This document shows, in pieces, positions 25,679-35,429 of a stretch of 42,634 nucleotides of DNA (the stretch's first letter is position 1; each line of letters begins with the position of its first letter). This stretch comes from a virus (taxonomy: Duplodnaviria; Caudoviricetes), in IMG/VR virus record IMGVR_UViG_3300033489_000157, positions 1-42,634 of that record; one strand, given 5' to 3'. The notes below the pieces were generated by a model. The model was not told where the DNA came from. It worked only from the letters and a program-made list of their open reading frames with translations, and ran no database searches. The translations under genes and the position numbers were made by a program.

Positions 25679-27877
25679 ATGAACGTCTTCCAGCGAATAT
25701 TCCCGAGGCTCCAGAAGAAGGAGAATCCAGCCTACCGCGCCATAATGTCTATCTACGGAGCGGGCACTCCGATCTGGACGCCGAGGGACTACGGGAACCT
25801 GACCAGGGCCGGATACCAATACTGTTCGACGGTCTTCGCCTGCGTCTCGAAGATAGCCAAGGGCGGCAGCCGGATCGCCTGGACGCTGGGGAAAAAGCAG
25901 AGGGGCGGCGGCATGGGTGAGATTGAGGAGCATCCTTTGCTCAAGCTCCTGGCAAAGCCGAACGAGTTCGAGGGCGGCTCAAGGTTCAGCGAGAAGGTGT
26001 TGTCGTATCTTCTCCTGGCCGGGAACAGCTACGTCCTCAAGGTCCACGGCGTTCAGTCGATGCCTCCGCCTTTCCTCTATTCGCTCCGACCCGACAGGAT
26101 GACTGCCGTCGCCGGCAATTGGAAGGCTCCGATCGCCCGTTATGAATACTCGACAGGAATAGCGCCGGAGAAGTTCGAGGCCCGAGACATCCTGCATCTC
26201 AGGGAGTTCCATCCGACTAATGATTTCTACGGCTTGAGCAGGCTTGAGGTTGCGGCCCGGGCTATCGACATATCCAACAAGAGCATGGAGTGGAATAAGA
26301 AGCTCCTCGATAACGATATGAGGCCGCCGGGGATTGTCAAGCTCAATCCTGCGCTCATGGAAGAGCAGTTCAGAGAATTCGTGACCAAGTTCAATGAGCA
26401 ATACGCGGGCTATAGCAACGCCGGGTCCGTGCCGATCTTTAACGCCGGTGTCGAATGGCAATCGACCTCGATGAGCCCGAAGGACCTCGACTGGACAACC
26501 GGGCAGAAAGAGATCATGCGGCAGATTTGCACGATTTTCGATGTCTGTTCGCAGCTCCTGGGCGATACGGAGAATACGACGTATTCGAATATGCAGGAGG
26601 CTAGGAAGGCGCTTTACATGGAAGCGATCCTTCCGCTCATGGACCTCTACCGCGACGAGCTTAACGCCTGGCTCGTGCCGCTCTATGACGACGGGCTTTA
26701 TCTCGATTATGACCGGGATGCCATTGAGGCCCTGCAAGAGGAGCGGGCACAGAAATATGCTTACTTGAACGCATCATACTTCCTCTCTATTAACGAGAAA
26801 CGGATAGCCGTCGGCGAGGACGAAGTCGAGGGGGGCGATGTGATTCTTGTGCCGATTGGCATGATCCCGCTTGAGCAGGCAACGGCTGAGCCGGAGCCCG
26901 TGCCGGATGCGCTTCAATCGGGAACTGAAGGGAAGCCTGCAGACGAGGAGGAGCCCGTGGACGAGGAAAAATCGGGCGCGGGTGCAGATGAAAAGGCCGC
27001 CACGGGCCTTAAACCGGCCTCCAAGCCTATTCCTGAGCATAAGGCGACGGGCTTCTGGTCTAAGCCCGAGCGCAAGGAACGGCTCTGGCAGACGTTCGAG
27101 ACGCGGGTCAAGGCGCGGGAGCGATCCTTCGAGCAGATAGCGAAAGGTTATCTCAGGGCCCAGGCTGATGCGTTGAGGCAGAAGGCGGCTCGGCTCGGCT
27201 CCGTGAGCGGCGCTCATGCGACCGATATCTTCAGTGTCAAGGAAGAGGCGAAGCGGTATGCCAAGACCTTCACGGCCTGGTACATCGATCACTTCATCCG
27301 TGCAGGGAACGCAGGTATGCACGCATCGAAAGGCGAGCTGTTCGACGATGCGGAGTTCAAGTCCCTGGCCTGGAAGGGTGATCCGAAGAAGCCGACGTCA
27401 TGGGTATTCGAGATGACGCCGGAACAGGCAGAAAAACTCAAGGATATGATCTTCAATTCGGGGACGAAAGTCAACGAAACGATGCTTGATACCGTTGAGA
27501 AGATGATTAAGACGGCGAATGAGAATAACTGGACGGTCGGGGAATTCGCGCAGAACCTATCCGACAAGATCGGCGATCTCGGACCGTGGAAGGCGCAACT
27601 ATGGGCGAGGACAGAGAGCGTGCGTGTGGATTCGTTTGGGGCCCTGGAGGGCATGAAGCAAACGGAATTTGTGGAACGTAAAGTTTGGATATGTTCTTTC
27701 GTTCCCGATTCGAGAGAAGAGCACAGGGCAGCCGATGATCAAGAAGTTGATCTAGACGATGACTTTATGGTTGGAGGAGAAGCATTGGCATATCCCTGCG
27801 ATGCTAGGGGTAGTGCCGCTAACACGTGTAATTGTCTTTGTGCGATTGCCCCCGTTGTCGGGGAAGCGGAGGGATGA
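25679..27877 (+). CDS. HK97-family portal protein fused to a Mu gpF/SPP1 gp7-like head morphogenesis domain
   Basis: Portal motifs LLLAGNSY, LRPDRM, ILHLR, YGLS, YSNMQE, SINEKR; acidic linker; C-terminal ARTE...KVW...REEH...YPCD...NCLC. Confidence 0.9.
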   Translation: MNVFQRIFPRLQKKENPAYRAIMSIYGAGTPIWTPRDYGNLTRAGYQYCSTVFACVSKIAKGGSRIAWTLGKKQRGGGMGEIEEHPLLKLLAKPNEFEGGSRFSEKVLSYLLLAGNSYVLKVHGVQSMPPPFLYSLRPDRMTAVAGNWKAPIARYEYSTGIAPEKFEARDILHLREFHPTNDFYGLSRLEVAARAIDISNKSMEWNKKLLDNDMRPPGIVKLNPALMEEQFREFVTKFNEQYAGYSNAGSVPIFNAGVEWQSTSMSPKDLDWTTGQKEIMRQICTIFDVCSQLLGDTENTTYSNMQEARKALYMEAILPLMDLYRDELNAWLVPLYDDGLYLDYDRDAIEALQEERAQKYAYLNASYFLSINEKRIAVGEDEVEGGDVILVPIGMIPLEQATAEPEPVPDALQSGTEGKPADEEEPVDEEKSGAGADEKAATGLKPASKPIPEHKATGFWSKPERKERLWQTFETRVKARERSFEQIAKGYLRAQADALRQKAARLGSVSGAHATDIFSVKEEAKRYAKTFTAWYIDHFIRAGNAGMHASKGELFDDAEFKSLAWKGDPKKPTSWVFEMTPEQAEKLKDMIFNSGTKVNETMLDTVEKMIKTANENNWTVGEFAQNLSDKIGDLGPWKAQLWARTESVRVDSFGALEGMKQTEFVERKVWICSFVPDSREEHRAADDQEVDLDDDFMVGGEALAYPCDARGSAANTCNCLCAIAPVVGEAEG

Positions 27878-27878
27878 C

Positions 27879-28481
27879 ATGACTACAAGAAAAACAGAGA
27901 CCAAAGAATTCAAGTTTACGCTCGACGATATCGACGAGGAAAAGGGGAGCTTTGCGGGCTACGCATCCATTTGGGATGTCGTCGATTCTTATGGCGATAC
28001 GGTTGTGAAGGGTGCTTTCAAACGCTCGCTCAAGGAAAGCAAGCAGTTTCCGCTCCTCTGGAGTCATAACCTCATGGAACCTATCGGGATCGTCAGCGGC
28101 GAAGAGGATGACCGGGGGCTTAAAATCTCCGGCCAACTTAATATCGACGTCCAGCGCGGGCGCGAGATCAGGTCGCTCATGAAGCAGGGCGCGGTTACCG
28201 GACTGAGCATCGGATTCCAAACCGTCCGCGAAGAGAATGACAAGGATGCCAACACACGGAGACTGAAAGAAGTGAAACTCTGGGAGATTTCCCCGTGTGT
28301 CTTTCAAGCCTGTCCGAACGCCCAGATCGACGAGGTCAAAGCGGACCTTACCTCTCCTGGCGGAGATACGGATGACTCCAACCTCAGCCAGGAAGAGAGG
28401 GATAAAAAGAGCACAACGGAGATAATCCATCTGCTCGAAGCCTGGCGGCTCTTGATTGAGCAGGTCAGGAAAAATCTTTAG
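27879..28481 (+). CDS. HK97-family prohead protease
   Basis: FAGYASIW, LLWSH, GLSIGF and LWEISPCVF motifs. Confidence 0.95.
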   Translation: MTTRKTETKEFKFTLDDIDEEKGSFAGYASIWDVVDSYGDTVVKGAFKRSLKESKQFPLLWSHNLMEPIGIVSGEEDDRGLKISGQLNIDVQRGREIRSLMKQGAVTGLSIGFQTVREENDKDANTRRLKEVKLWEISPCVFQACPNAQIDEVKADLTSPGGDTDDSNLSQEERDKKSTTEIIHLLEAWRLLIEQVRKNL

Positions 28482-28492
28482 GAGGTTTCCAA

Positions 28493-29695
28493 ATGGAAAC
28501 AGACATTGTCAAGAAAGTAGAAGAGCTTCAGATTGAATTCAAGAAGCTCCTGACGAACGAACGGGAGGCCAACGATAAGAAGATCGAAGGCAAGCTCCCG
28601 GCATCCGATTTCAAGACGTTCTCGGAAAAGCTTGAGACCAGGATGGTCGAGATCAACGCCGAGATCGCCAAGCTGAAACTCCCGAATACCAAGCTCGAAA
28701 ACAAGAGCGAAGTTGACGGGAAGACCGAGTACAAAAAGAGCTTCTTCCAATTCATGCGGTCGGGCAAGCTCGAACTCGGCGACAAGGCCGCAGCTTACAA
28801 CCTCGAGCGGAAAGCGCTCGTGGCCGACACCACGGGCCAGATCCTCATCCCCGAAGAGGTCGAGTCGGAAATCTACCGGGCACTTCCTCAGCTTAACGTC
28901 ATCCGGCCATTCTGCACGGTCCGGACCATCACGCGCGACAGGATCAGACTCCGCAGCCTGACCGAAGTTGAGGTCGGATGGGGCAAGCTGGAACTTGGCG
29001 GGGCGCCGGCTGAGACGACACTCGTCCCGGGCGAACTCTGGCAGTATGTCGAAGACCAGGAAGGCTTGACCAAGATCGGCAAGGATGAGCTTTCCGACAG
29101 CGATGTCTCTCTTGAACCCATCATCGCTGACAGCTTCGCACGGGCGATGGCGGATGCGGAAGAGGCGGCATTCGTCAGCGGCACGGGCCATGCCAACCAG
29201 CAGCCGACGGGGATCCTCAACGGGACCACGGTGACGCGGGTCACTTCGGCGGCTTCGGGAGCGGTTACGGTTGACGACATCCTCAACCTCATCTACGCCG
29301 TGCCCTCACAGTACAGGGGCAACGGCAACTTCATCATGCACTCCGGGACCGAGCTCCTGCTCCGGCTGCTCCGCGCAACCACTTACGACGCGACTCACTT
29401 CGGCTCCTATATTTGGCAACCCTCAGTCCAGGCCGGCAAGCCCGCGACCCTTTGCGGCTTTCCTAGCGTCGCCTGCGATTCTATGCCCCAGGTCGGGGAC
29501 GGGGCCTTGCAGGACGTCGTGATCTTCGGCGACATGCGGGCCGGGTACAGGATTCTCGACAGGGCCGGGATGACCATTCAGCGGCTGCTCGAGCTCTACG
29601 CGACGGCGGGCCTGGTCGGGTTCCTGGCCTCAAGGCGCGTCGGCGGGTCAATCATTCGGGCGAATGCTCTGCGGATTCTCCAAGAGCACGCATAA
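28493..29695 (+). CDS. HK97-fold major capsid protein
   Basis: AGGAGG RBS; coiled-coil delta domain; GQILIPEE, FVSGTG.NQ.PTGIL, IFGDM, RRVGG. Confidence 0.95.
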   Translation: METDIVKKVEELQIEFKKLLTNEREANDKKIEGKLPASDFKTFSEKLETRMVEINAEIAKLKLPNTKLENKSEVDGKTEYKKSFFQFMRSGKLELGDKAAAYNLERKALVADTTGQILIPEEVESEIYRALPQLNVIRPFCTVRTITRDRIRLRSLTEVEVGWGKLELGGAPAETTLVPGELWQYVEDQEGLTKIGKDELSDSDVSLEPIIADSFARAMADAEEAAFVSGTGHANQQPTGILNGTTVTRVTSAASGAVTVDDILNLIYAVPSQYRGNGNFIMHSGTELLLRLLRATTYDATHFGSYIWQPSVQAGKPATLCGFPSVACDSMPQVGDGALQDVVIFGDMRAGYRILDRAGMTIQRLLELYATAGLVGFLASRRVGGSIIRANALRILQEHA

Positions 29696-29718
29696 TCTTT
29701 GAGCTATAGGAGGACAAA

Positions 29719-30564
29719 TTGAAAGCTCATTACATTCCTAAGCGGTTTTCAAACGGGCTCGCATTCGGCCATCTCATCTCGGACGGTGAGTTGCTGGCGG
29801 GCAAGGACTTCCAGGACCCCAACGAGCTGTCCACGACTCAGAAGTTTTCCATCGGGACGCGGCTCGTCATCGGCGAGCGGGCCTTCCGGTATGGATTCTT
29901 CCATACCGCAGTCGGCGAGCTGAGCTATGCGCTCGTCAACGGGAACATCATCCCGGACGACGGGGCCGAGGTGGCCTTTGGTGGGACCCCGGCAATCGGC
30001 GACAGGACGCTCGTCGTCCTGGACACGGGCGCAGCGGGCGATAGGCCGGTCAACTTCTATCAGGGCGGGTATTGCTTCATTTACAGAAACCCCGCCATCG
30101 CGCAGGGCGCGACCAACTTCGACCAGCTGCGGCGGATCGCGGCGTCCACGGTCGGCAACGGCGTCTCCATCACATTGACGCTGGACTACCCGCTGACCTG
30201 CGTCCCGGCCGCGACGGTTGACGTCTATCCGTCGGCCTATTCCAAAATCTGCACGCCGGGTCATTCCGAAAGCGGCGCCGAGATGTTCGTCGGCTATGCT
30301 CATGCGTTCCACGCCGTGAGCGGCTACGGGTGGGTGCAAACCTGGGGGCCAGTCAATGGCCACTACACCGGTGGTGGGACCGAATGGCCGGGCAACAATC
30401 CGCCGAACGATCGGCAGGTTGTCTTCTCGGTCGAAGGCGGGCTCAGGACGACCAAGTCCTCGGGGACGGTCGTTGCGTTGGCCTCGCAGATCGCGGGATA
30501 CGTCATCCCCTGCACCAAGAGTACTTACGGGTCGGTTTTCTGCTATCTCCAGATCGCGCCCTGA
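29719..30564 (+). CDS. Probable capsid decoration/auxiliary protein
   Basis: AGGAGG RBS with TTG start; directly after the MCP gene and before a terminator; beta-rich. Confidence 0.55.
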   Translation: MKAHYIPKRFSNGLAFGHLISDGELLAGKDFQDPNELSTTQKFSIGTRLVIGERAFRYGFFHTAVGELSYALVNGNIIPDDGAEVAFGGTPAIGDRTLVVLDTGAAGDRPVNFYQGGYCFIYRNPAIAQGATNFDQLRRIAASTVGNGVSITLTLDYPLTCVPAATVDVYPSAYSKICTPGHSESGAEMFVGYAHAFHAVSGYGWVQTWGPVNGHYTGGGTEWPGNNPPNDRQVVFSVEGGLRTTKSSGTVVALASQIAGYVIPCTKSTYGSVFCYLQIAP

Positions 30565-30593
30565 GAAAGCGCACGGAAAGGCAACTCAAGTCG

Positions 30594-30625
30594 GGGCGGG
30601 TCGCAAGGCCCGCCCTGCATTTTTT
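30594..30625 (+). terminator. Terminator/attenuator after the capsid genes
   Basis: GGGCGGGTC-GCAA-GGCCCGCCC hairpin followed by TGCATTTTTT. Confidence 0.75.
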
Positions 30626-30641
30626 GATTGAGGAGGTGCGG

Positions 30642-30866
30642 ATGATTCAGAGGATCAGGATGCTCAAGGGCGTCGCCCGGAAATATAACTATATTTCGGA
30701 AGGCACTGTGCTTCGTGTGCCGGAGCATATCGACGAGGCGACGGCTCTGTCCTGGCTCAGCGCGGGCCTGGCCGCCGAGGACAAGATGATCGACCGAATC
30801 CCGGAGACCAAGGCCGAAGTCGTCGATGAAAAGCCCGTGAAAAAAGGGAAGGGCAAGAGGAGCTGA
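30642..30866 (+). CDS. Small basic hypothetical head-region protein
   Basis: GAGGAGG RBS; ALSWLSAGLA motif and Lys-rich tail. Confidence 0.65.
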   Translation: MIQRIRMLKGVARKYNYISEGTVLRVPEHIDEATALSWLSAGLAAEDKMIDRIPETKAEVVDEKPVKKGKGKRS

Positions 30867-30868
30867 AC

Positions 30869-31783
30869 ATGGACCTCGTGACGCTCGCGAACGTTAAAAC
30901 ATATCTTTGGCCGGGGGAAACGATCACGACATGGGACGCGATCCTCCCGGCGATTATCTCCGCCGTCTCGGAACTCATCGAGCGGGAGATCGGGAGCAGG
31001 CTTGACTATGCTTTTTACACGGTGGGGGCAGGGCTGTCTTTTGTCGTGGATGCGACGAATAACAAGATCAATTTCGACGAGGGCGGCGCGGAGCTTACGG
31101 GGACCGTGACGGCCGGGACTTACACGGGAACGACGCTGGCCACGGCGATCGCGGCGGCCCTGAACACCGCTCCCGGGAAGGCCCTGACCTATACCTGCGC
31201 GTATTCGACGACGACGGGAAAATTCACGATAGCGGCGGGTTCGAACTTCACCATCCGCTGGAACTCGGGAACCTTGAAGGCGACGGACATCTCGAATCTC
31301 ACGGGATTCCCGGACACGGCGAACTCCACGGGAGCCCTGACCTACACGGGTTATCGCGTCGGCGACGAGGCGAAGGCGAGCGGAGACGGGACATCGCTTC
31401 TTCACCTTCCCAATTGGCCGATCGTGTCGGTCATCTCCGTGGTCGACAAGGACGGGACCGCCTACACGGAAGGCGACGACGAGGATTTTACGATCACGCC
31501 GGGCCCGGACCACTTCAGCCTCAAGCTCAATGATGGAACTTGGGCAAAGGGGAGCGGCAACTATGCCGTCAATTATCAGGCGGGCTACACGACAATCCCG
31601 TCCGACATAGTTCTCATCTGCTACGAATTGATCGCTCGAAAATGGAAAACCATGAAGGGGCAGGAATGGGGCGAGAGCGGGCGGACCATGCCCGACGGCT
31701 CGACGAGCTCTATCAATGCAGAAGGCGAGTTGACGAAATCTCAGCGGGAAATCCTACAGAAATACAAGAGGGTGATTCTGTGA
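30869..31783 (+). CDS. Head-tail adaptor (gp6/gp15-like) with a ~100-aa inserted domain
   Basis: LVTLANVKTYL; LHLPNWPIVSV; YQAGYTTIPSDI; ILQKYKR; insert at 31040-31351. Confidence 0.85.
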   Translation: MDLVTLANVKTYLWPGETITTWDAILPAIISAVSELIEREIGSRLDYAFYTVGAGLSFVVDATNNKINFDEGGAELTGTVTAGTYTGTTLATAIAAALNTAPGKALTYTCAYSTTTGKFTIAAGSNFTIRWNSGTLKATDISNLTGFPDTANSTGALTYTGYRVGDEAKASGDGTSLLHLPNWPIVSVISVVDKDGTAYTEGDDEDFTITPGPDHFSLKLNDGTWAKGSGNYAVNYQAGYTTIPSDIVLICYELIARKWKTMKGQEWGESGRTMPDGSTSSINAEGELTKSQREILQKYKRVIL

Positions 31784-32340
31784 CAAACGGCGTTGGACTA
31801 AGGGCAGACTTCAGCGGTGCTATTCGCAAGACAGAGACGCTGAAGAATCTACCGAAGGCCCATAAATATCAGGCGACGTCGTGGACGGCTGATGTGATTA
31901 AGCTTCTCATGCGCTCTGCCGCGAATATGCAGAAGTCATCGAAGTATAAAAAGAAAACCTCGATGATGATGCGCAACATCGGACAGCTCGTCGCCGCCGG
32001 GGATGAGCGCTGGACCATCGCCATTGGCACCGGCATCGGCGGCAAGCAATCCGTTCCCTACGCAAAGATTCAAGACGTGGGCGGGACGACGCACCCCGTT
32101 GTCACGGCCAGGATGCGGAAGTGGGCGTGGTGGGCGTTCTATAAATTCAAAGAGGACAGGTTCAAGGCTATCGCGCTCACGAAGCAGGGGACGCTTACCG
32201 TCAACGTCCCGGAGTCCAAATGGTTTTCGGGTGTCATTGCGGAACAGGAGCCGAGGCTGTCGATGCTGATGAGCAAACCTGCCGTCCTCAAGCTCGCGGA
32301 GATGATGGCCGGAAGCTCGGCAGGAAAATTAGCGAAATGA
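31780..32340 (+). CDS. Neck/virion morphogenesis protein
   Basis: GTGA overlap; SVPYAKIQDVGG motif. Confidence 0.7.
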   Translation: MTNGVGLRADFSGAIRKTETLKNLPKAHKYQATSWTADVIKLLMRSAANMQKSSKYKKKTSMMMRNIGQLVAAGDERWTIAIGTGIGGKQSVPYAKIQDVGGTTHPVVTARMRKWAWWAFYKFKEDRFKAIALTKQGTLTVNVPESKWFSGVIAEQEPRLSMLMSKPAVLKLAEMMAGSSAGKLAK

Positions 32341-32355
32341 ATTTAGGAGGATAAC

Positions 32356-32829
32356 ATGAGAAAGAACTTATTCAGGTTTTTAGCGGCATTGTTCTTGATA
32401 GCAATTCTCTTTTTGCCGTTGTCTAGCTCCTGGCAGAACAACCGGCCGTTCTTGGCGGCCGGCGTGAGCTGCGGTGTATCGACAACCCTAGTGAATGGGA
32501 CGGGATTTACGTCGAACGAGTTGGCGATAACTTTAGCTGGCTACGATGTGATAAACAATGGCTTATTGAACATTACGTTTACCGCGGCGGCCGGATCGGC
32601 CCTGACTGTGGATTTTGAGTTTCAGGTTAGCTATGACGGCGGAACAACCTGGACAACGGCCTATTATGTGAGGATACAAACGCCCACAAACGAGACGGCC
32701 GTAACGAACGTGGTCAGAGTATCGAAGCCGATTTATTTATACGGCATCTCGCACATTCGACTTTATCGGATTGTGAATAACGATGATGCAAACAATCTCA
32801 CGGTCTGCAATGCAAGTATGAGCCTCTGA
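32356..32829 (+). CDS. Beta-sandwich protein with N-terminal signal-peptide-like segment
   Basis: AGGAGG RBS; MRKNLFRFLAALFLIAILFLPLSS; FQVSYDGGTTW Asp-box. Confidence 0.7.
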   Translation: MRKNLFRFLAALFLIAILFLPLSSSWQNNRPFLAAGVSCGVSTTLVNGTGFTSNELAITLAGYDVINNGLLNITFTAAAGSALTVDFEFQVSYDGGTTWTTAYYVRIQTPTNETAVTNVVRVSKPIYLYGISHIRLYRIVNNDDANNLTVCNASMSL

Positions 32830-32840
32830 GGAGCATTGAG

Positions 32841-34166
32841 ATGAAAAAGATATTTGAGAAAATTAGCCTTATCGGGGCTTTTCTTATTGCGCTGATATTT
32901 ATCGGTTCGGCGCAGATCCCGACCATTCTTCCCGTAAGTCCGGTGACGGAGAATATCATCTTCGAGAAAAATGTCACAATCAACGGGACGCTGACAGCAT
33001 CAATTTCGGCACTTACAGGCACGCTAGCAGTGGCAAACGGCGGGACGGGCGCGTCAACATTTGCGCTAAATGGTGTCCTTTATGGCAACGCGGCTAATGC
33101 GATTGGTATTACGGCCATCGGTGCAGAAGGGCAAGTTCTACGCGTCGGGGCGAACCCGTATGTTCCGGCATGGTCAACGCTGACACTTCCTAATACTGGA
33201 ACGGCGTATCGCCTGCCGGTATTCTCTGCCACGAACGTGATGACGGAGTTGGCGGCGGTGGGCGCGACGGGTGAATACCTCGCCGGGGCGACCGGCGCGA
33301 TACCTGCATGGGCGACGCTGAACCAGGCGGCGGTTGCGGGCCTGACGACGGCTGACGGGCCATCTTGGGATCACTTACATATAACAGGCGGCACAAGCGC
33401 ATTATTCTCGACGTACAAGGGCGCAAATAGTGACGGGAATAATATATTTATTGGTGGCGGCGGGCAGAGTTCGGTAGGGGCAGTTGGGGAGACATACAAG
33501 GGCGGCCAAAACACCTTTATCGGGATAAATGCTGGAATCTCCAACACCACGGGCTACGATAACACCTTTAGTGGGATGAATGCTGGACTCATCAACACCA
33601 CGGGCTACTACAACACCTTTAGTGGGATGTATGCTGGATACTCCAACACCACGGGCTACTACAACACCTTTAGTGGGGTGAATGCCGGACGCTTCAACAC
33701 CACGGGCTACTACAACACCTTTAGTGGGGTGAATGCTGGATACTCCAACACCACGGGTTCCAACAACGGCGTGCTGGGGTATGCCGCACTCTACGACCTC
33801 AACATCACGGCTGGCGACGGATCGGGTGCGAATACCGCCGTCGGCTACAACACGGGACGCGGAATCGTCACGGGCGTAAACAATACCATCCTCGGCGCGG
33901 GGGTCACGGGACTCGCCTCCGCACTCTCCAACAACATCATCCTCGCCAACGGCGCGGGGACTATCAATGCGCAACACGACAACACCAACTGGACGCTCAC
34001 CGGGAACATCTATCCGGGCGCGGACAATACCTATTATCTCGGCAAAAACGATGACGACACACCCTTGGCATACAAGGGCGTTATTCTCAAGGACACCACC
34101 GATGGCAAATATTATCGCATCGAAGTCATTAGTGGTGTGGTCACTGCAACGGATTTGACCGATTAA
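32841..34166 (+). CDS. Fibre/adhesin-like protein with signal peptide and NTTG beta-solenoid repeats
   Basis: MKKIFEKISLIGAFLIALIFIGSA-Q; LAVANGGTGA fibre motif; 17-aa NTTGxxNTFSGxxAGxx repeats; C-terminal ILKDTTDGKYYRIEVISG. Confidence 0.75.
   Translation: MKKIFEKISLIGAFLIALIFIGSAQIPTILPVSPVTENIIFEKNVTINGTLTASISALTGTLAVANGGTGASTFALNGVLYGNAANAIGITAIGAEGQVLRVGANPYVPAWSTLTLPNTGTAYRLPVFSATNVMTELAAVGATGEYLAGATGAIPAWATLNQAAVAGLTTADGPSWDHLHITGGTSALFSTYKGANSDGNNIFIGGGGQSSVGAVGETYKGGQNTFIGINAGISNTTGYDNTFSGMNAGLINTTGYYNTFSGMYAGYSNTTGYYNTFSGVNAGRFNTTGYYNTFSGVNAGYSNTTGSNNGVLGYAALYDLNITAGDGSGANTAVGYNTGRGIVTGVNNTILGAGVTGLASALSNNIILANGAGTINAQHDNTNWTLTGNIYPGADNTYYLGKNDDDTPLAYKGVILKDTTDGKYYRIEVISGVVTATDLTD
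33543..33757 (+). repeat. 51-bp tandem repeat (4 full copies plus a partial)
   Basis: AACACCACGGG at 33543, 33594, 33645, 33696 and 33747. Confidence 0.95.
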
Positions 34167-34182
34167 AGCTAGGAGGCACATC

Positions 34183-34266
34183 ATGCTATATAGAAAAATC
34201 AATGATTCGACGGTGGAGACTACCGATACCATCGTTGCCCAACTTCGCACTCGCCCGAATGACTGA
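34183..34266 (+). pseudogene. 27-aa ORF with strong RBS, possible truncated gene
   Basis: AGGAGG then MLYRKINDSTVETTDTIVAQLRTRPND*. Confidence 0.35.
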
Positions 34267-34318
34267 TACGGCAGCAAGTATTATAAAAGTTGCATTTATT
34301 GGAATGTAAGATAAGACA

Positions 34319-34729
34319 ATGAGAGATAAACGCTTTCTAATTGCGGCCATCGTCAGCGTTATGTTAGCGACACTATGCGCCATACCGTTATTCTCCGATG
34401 AAAAACCCGTTGCGCCCATCAAACACGACTCGTTCTACCGTTATCTACAAGTTGAATACACGGCCATGTCATGGGCAGACCTTACCGTGTCTTATATCGC
34501 CATCAACCATATCAAGGGTTACAAGGAACGATATGCGCCCGCCCGCCTTATGTTGCGTCACCCAGAATTCATCATTGGCGCACAAGTCCTCACCGACATC
34601 GCGGTCCATTACTTCGCAGACCTCATCTACAAGGACAACAAGAAGGTGGCATACGCTTTCGTTATCGTTATGAACGTGGCCCGCGCCTACGTTCTCTATC
34701 ATAACTTCAAGGCATTGAGGGGGGATTGA
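34319..34729 (+). CDS. Membrane protein with signal peptide, moron-like
   Basis: Signal-like N-terminus plus hydrophobic helices; AT-rich upstream with TAAGAT, 6 nt, ATG. Confidence 0.6.
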   Translation: MRDKRFLIAAIVSVMLATLCAIPLFSDEKPVAPIKHDSFYRYLQVEYTAMSWADLTVSYIAINHIKGYKERYAPARLMLRHPEFIIGAQVLTDIAVHYFADLIYKDNKKVAYAFVIVMNVARAYVLYHNFKALRGD

Positions 34730-34948
34730 ATGAAGCTTCAGATTGATTTGAAGGATGTCATCGTTTTCGGTCTTGTCCTACTTTGCATTGGGTTCTGCCT
34801 GAATCTCTATTTTAAAATGGAGAGCATCAAACTCGCCCAGCAGGTCAATGCAAATACGCAAAGTATCCAGCAGATCGTGACATTCCTGAACCAACAGACG
34901 AAGCCGGTAAGTCAGCTGGAACAAAAACTGAAAGAGGGAAAAGAATAA
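34730..34948 (+). CDS. Single-TM coiled-coil small protein
   Basis: GAGGGG RBS; TM then Gln-rich helix. Confidence 0.6.
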   Translation: MKLQIDLKDVIVFGLVLLCIGFCLNLYFKMESIKLAQQVNANTQSIQQIVTFLNQQTKPVSQLEQKLKEGKE

Positions 34949-35428
34949 ATGCCAGCAACACCGCTTCGCCTTCAGATCATAGACCGGATCATCGCGGTCC
35001 TTCAGGCCATCGTGACGGGTGAGACTTATTTCTACACGCCCGGAGAGGTTGCCAAGCGATTCATCCATTGGACCGAGTGCAAGGCTTTCCCGACCTATAT
35101 GGTGTTCACCGCTCCCGGCGGTACGGTGGAACTTAGTGGAGCGGCGGGAGATGACAGCGAATACACCGAGGACTTTTTCGTCTCAATCAAGGGGATCGTC
35201 AAGGACAGCGTGGACACCGTGACCCGGATGGAACGGTGCATCGCGGACATACGGAAAGCCATCGACGCCGACTCGCGGAGCGGGGCAGCGGGGACGCTGG
35301 GCGTCCTGGCGGTTCAAGTGAGGATCGAGGATTCGCCGGAAACCGATGATGGGTATTTATCACTCGAGGGATTCGGATTCTTTGACCAGAAAATCCGGGT
35401 GAGTATCGCAGGGGTCATGGGGGTATAG
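34949..35428 (+). CDS. Tail terminator-like protein
   Basis: RLQIIDRIIAVLQAI...IADIRKAIDAD; acidic; upstream of the tube genes. Confidence 0.7.
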   Translation: MPATPLRLQIIDRIIAVLQAIVTGETYFYTPGEVAKRFIHWTECKAFPTYMVFTAPGGTVELSGAAGDDSEYTEDFFVSIKGIVKDSVDTVTRMERCIADIRKAIDADSRSGAAGTLGVLAVQVRIEDSPETDDGYLSLEGFGFFDQKIRVSIAGVMGV

Positions 35429-35429
35429 C

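Noticed and set aside
31040-31351. Intein as the explanation for the shared insertion
   Set aside because: No C/S start, no HN-C/S/T end or LAGLIDADG blocks, and too short.
33543-33757. CRISPR array
   Set aside because: Contiguous in-frame coding repeats with no unique spacers.
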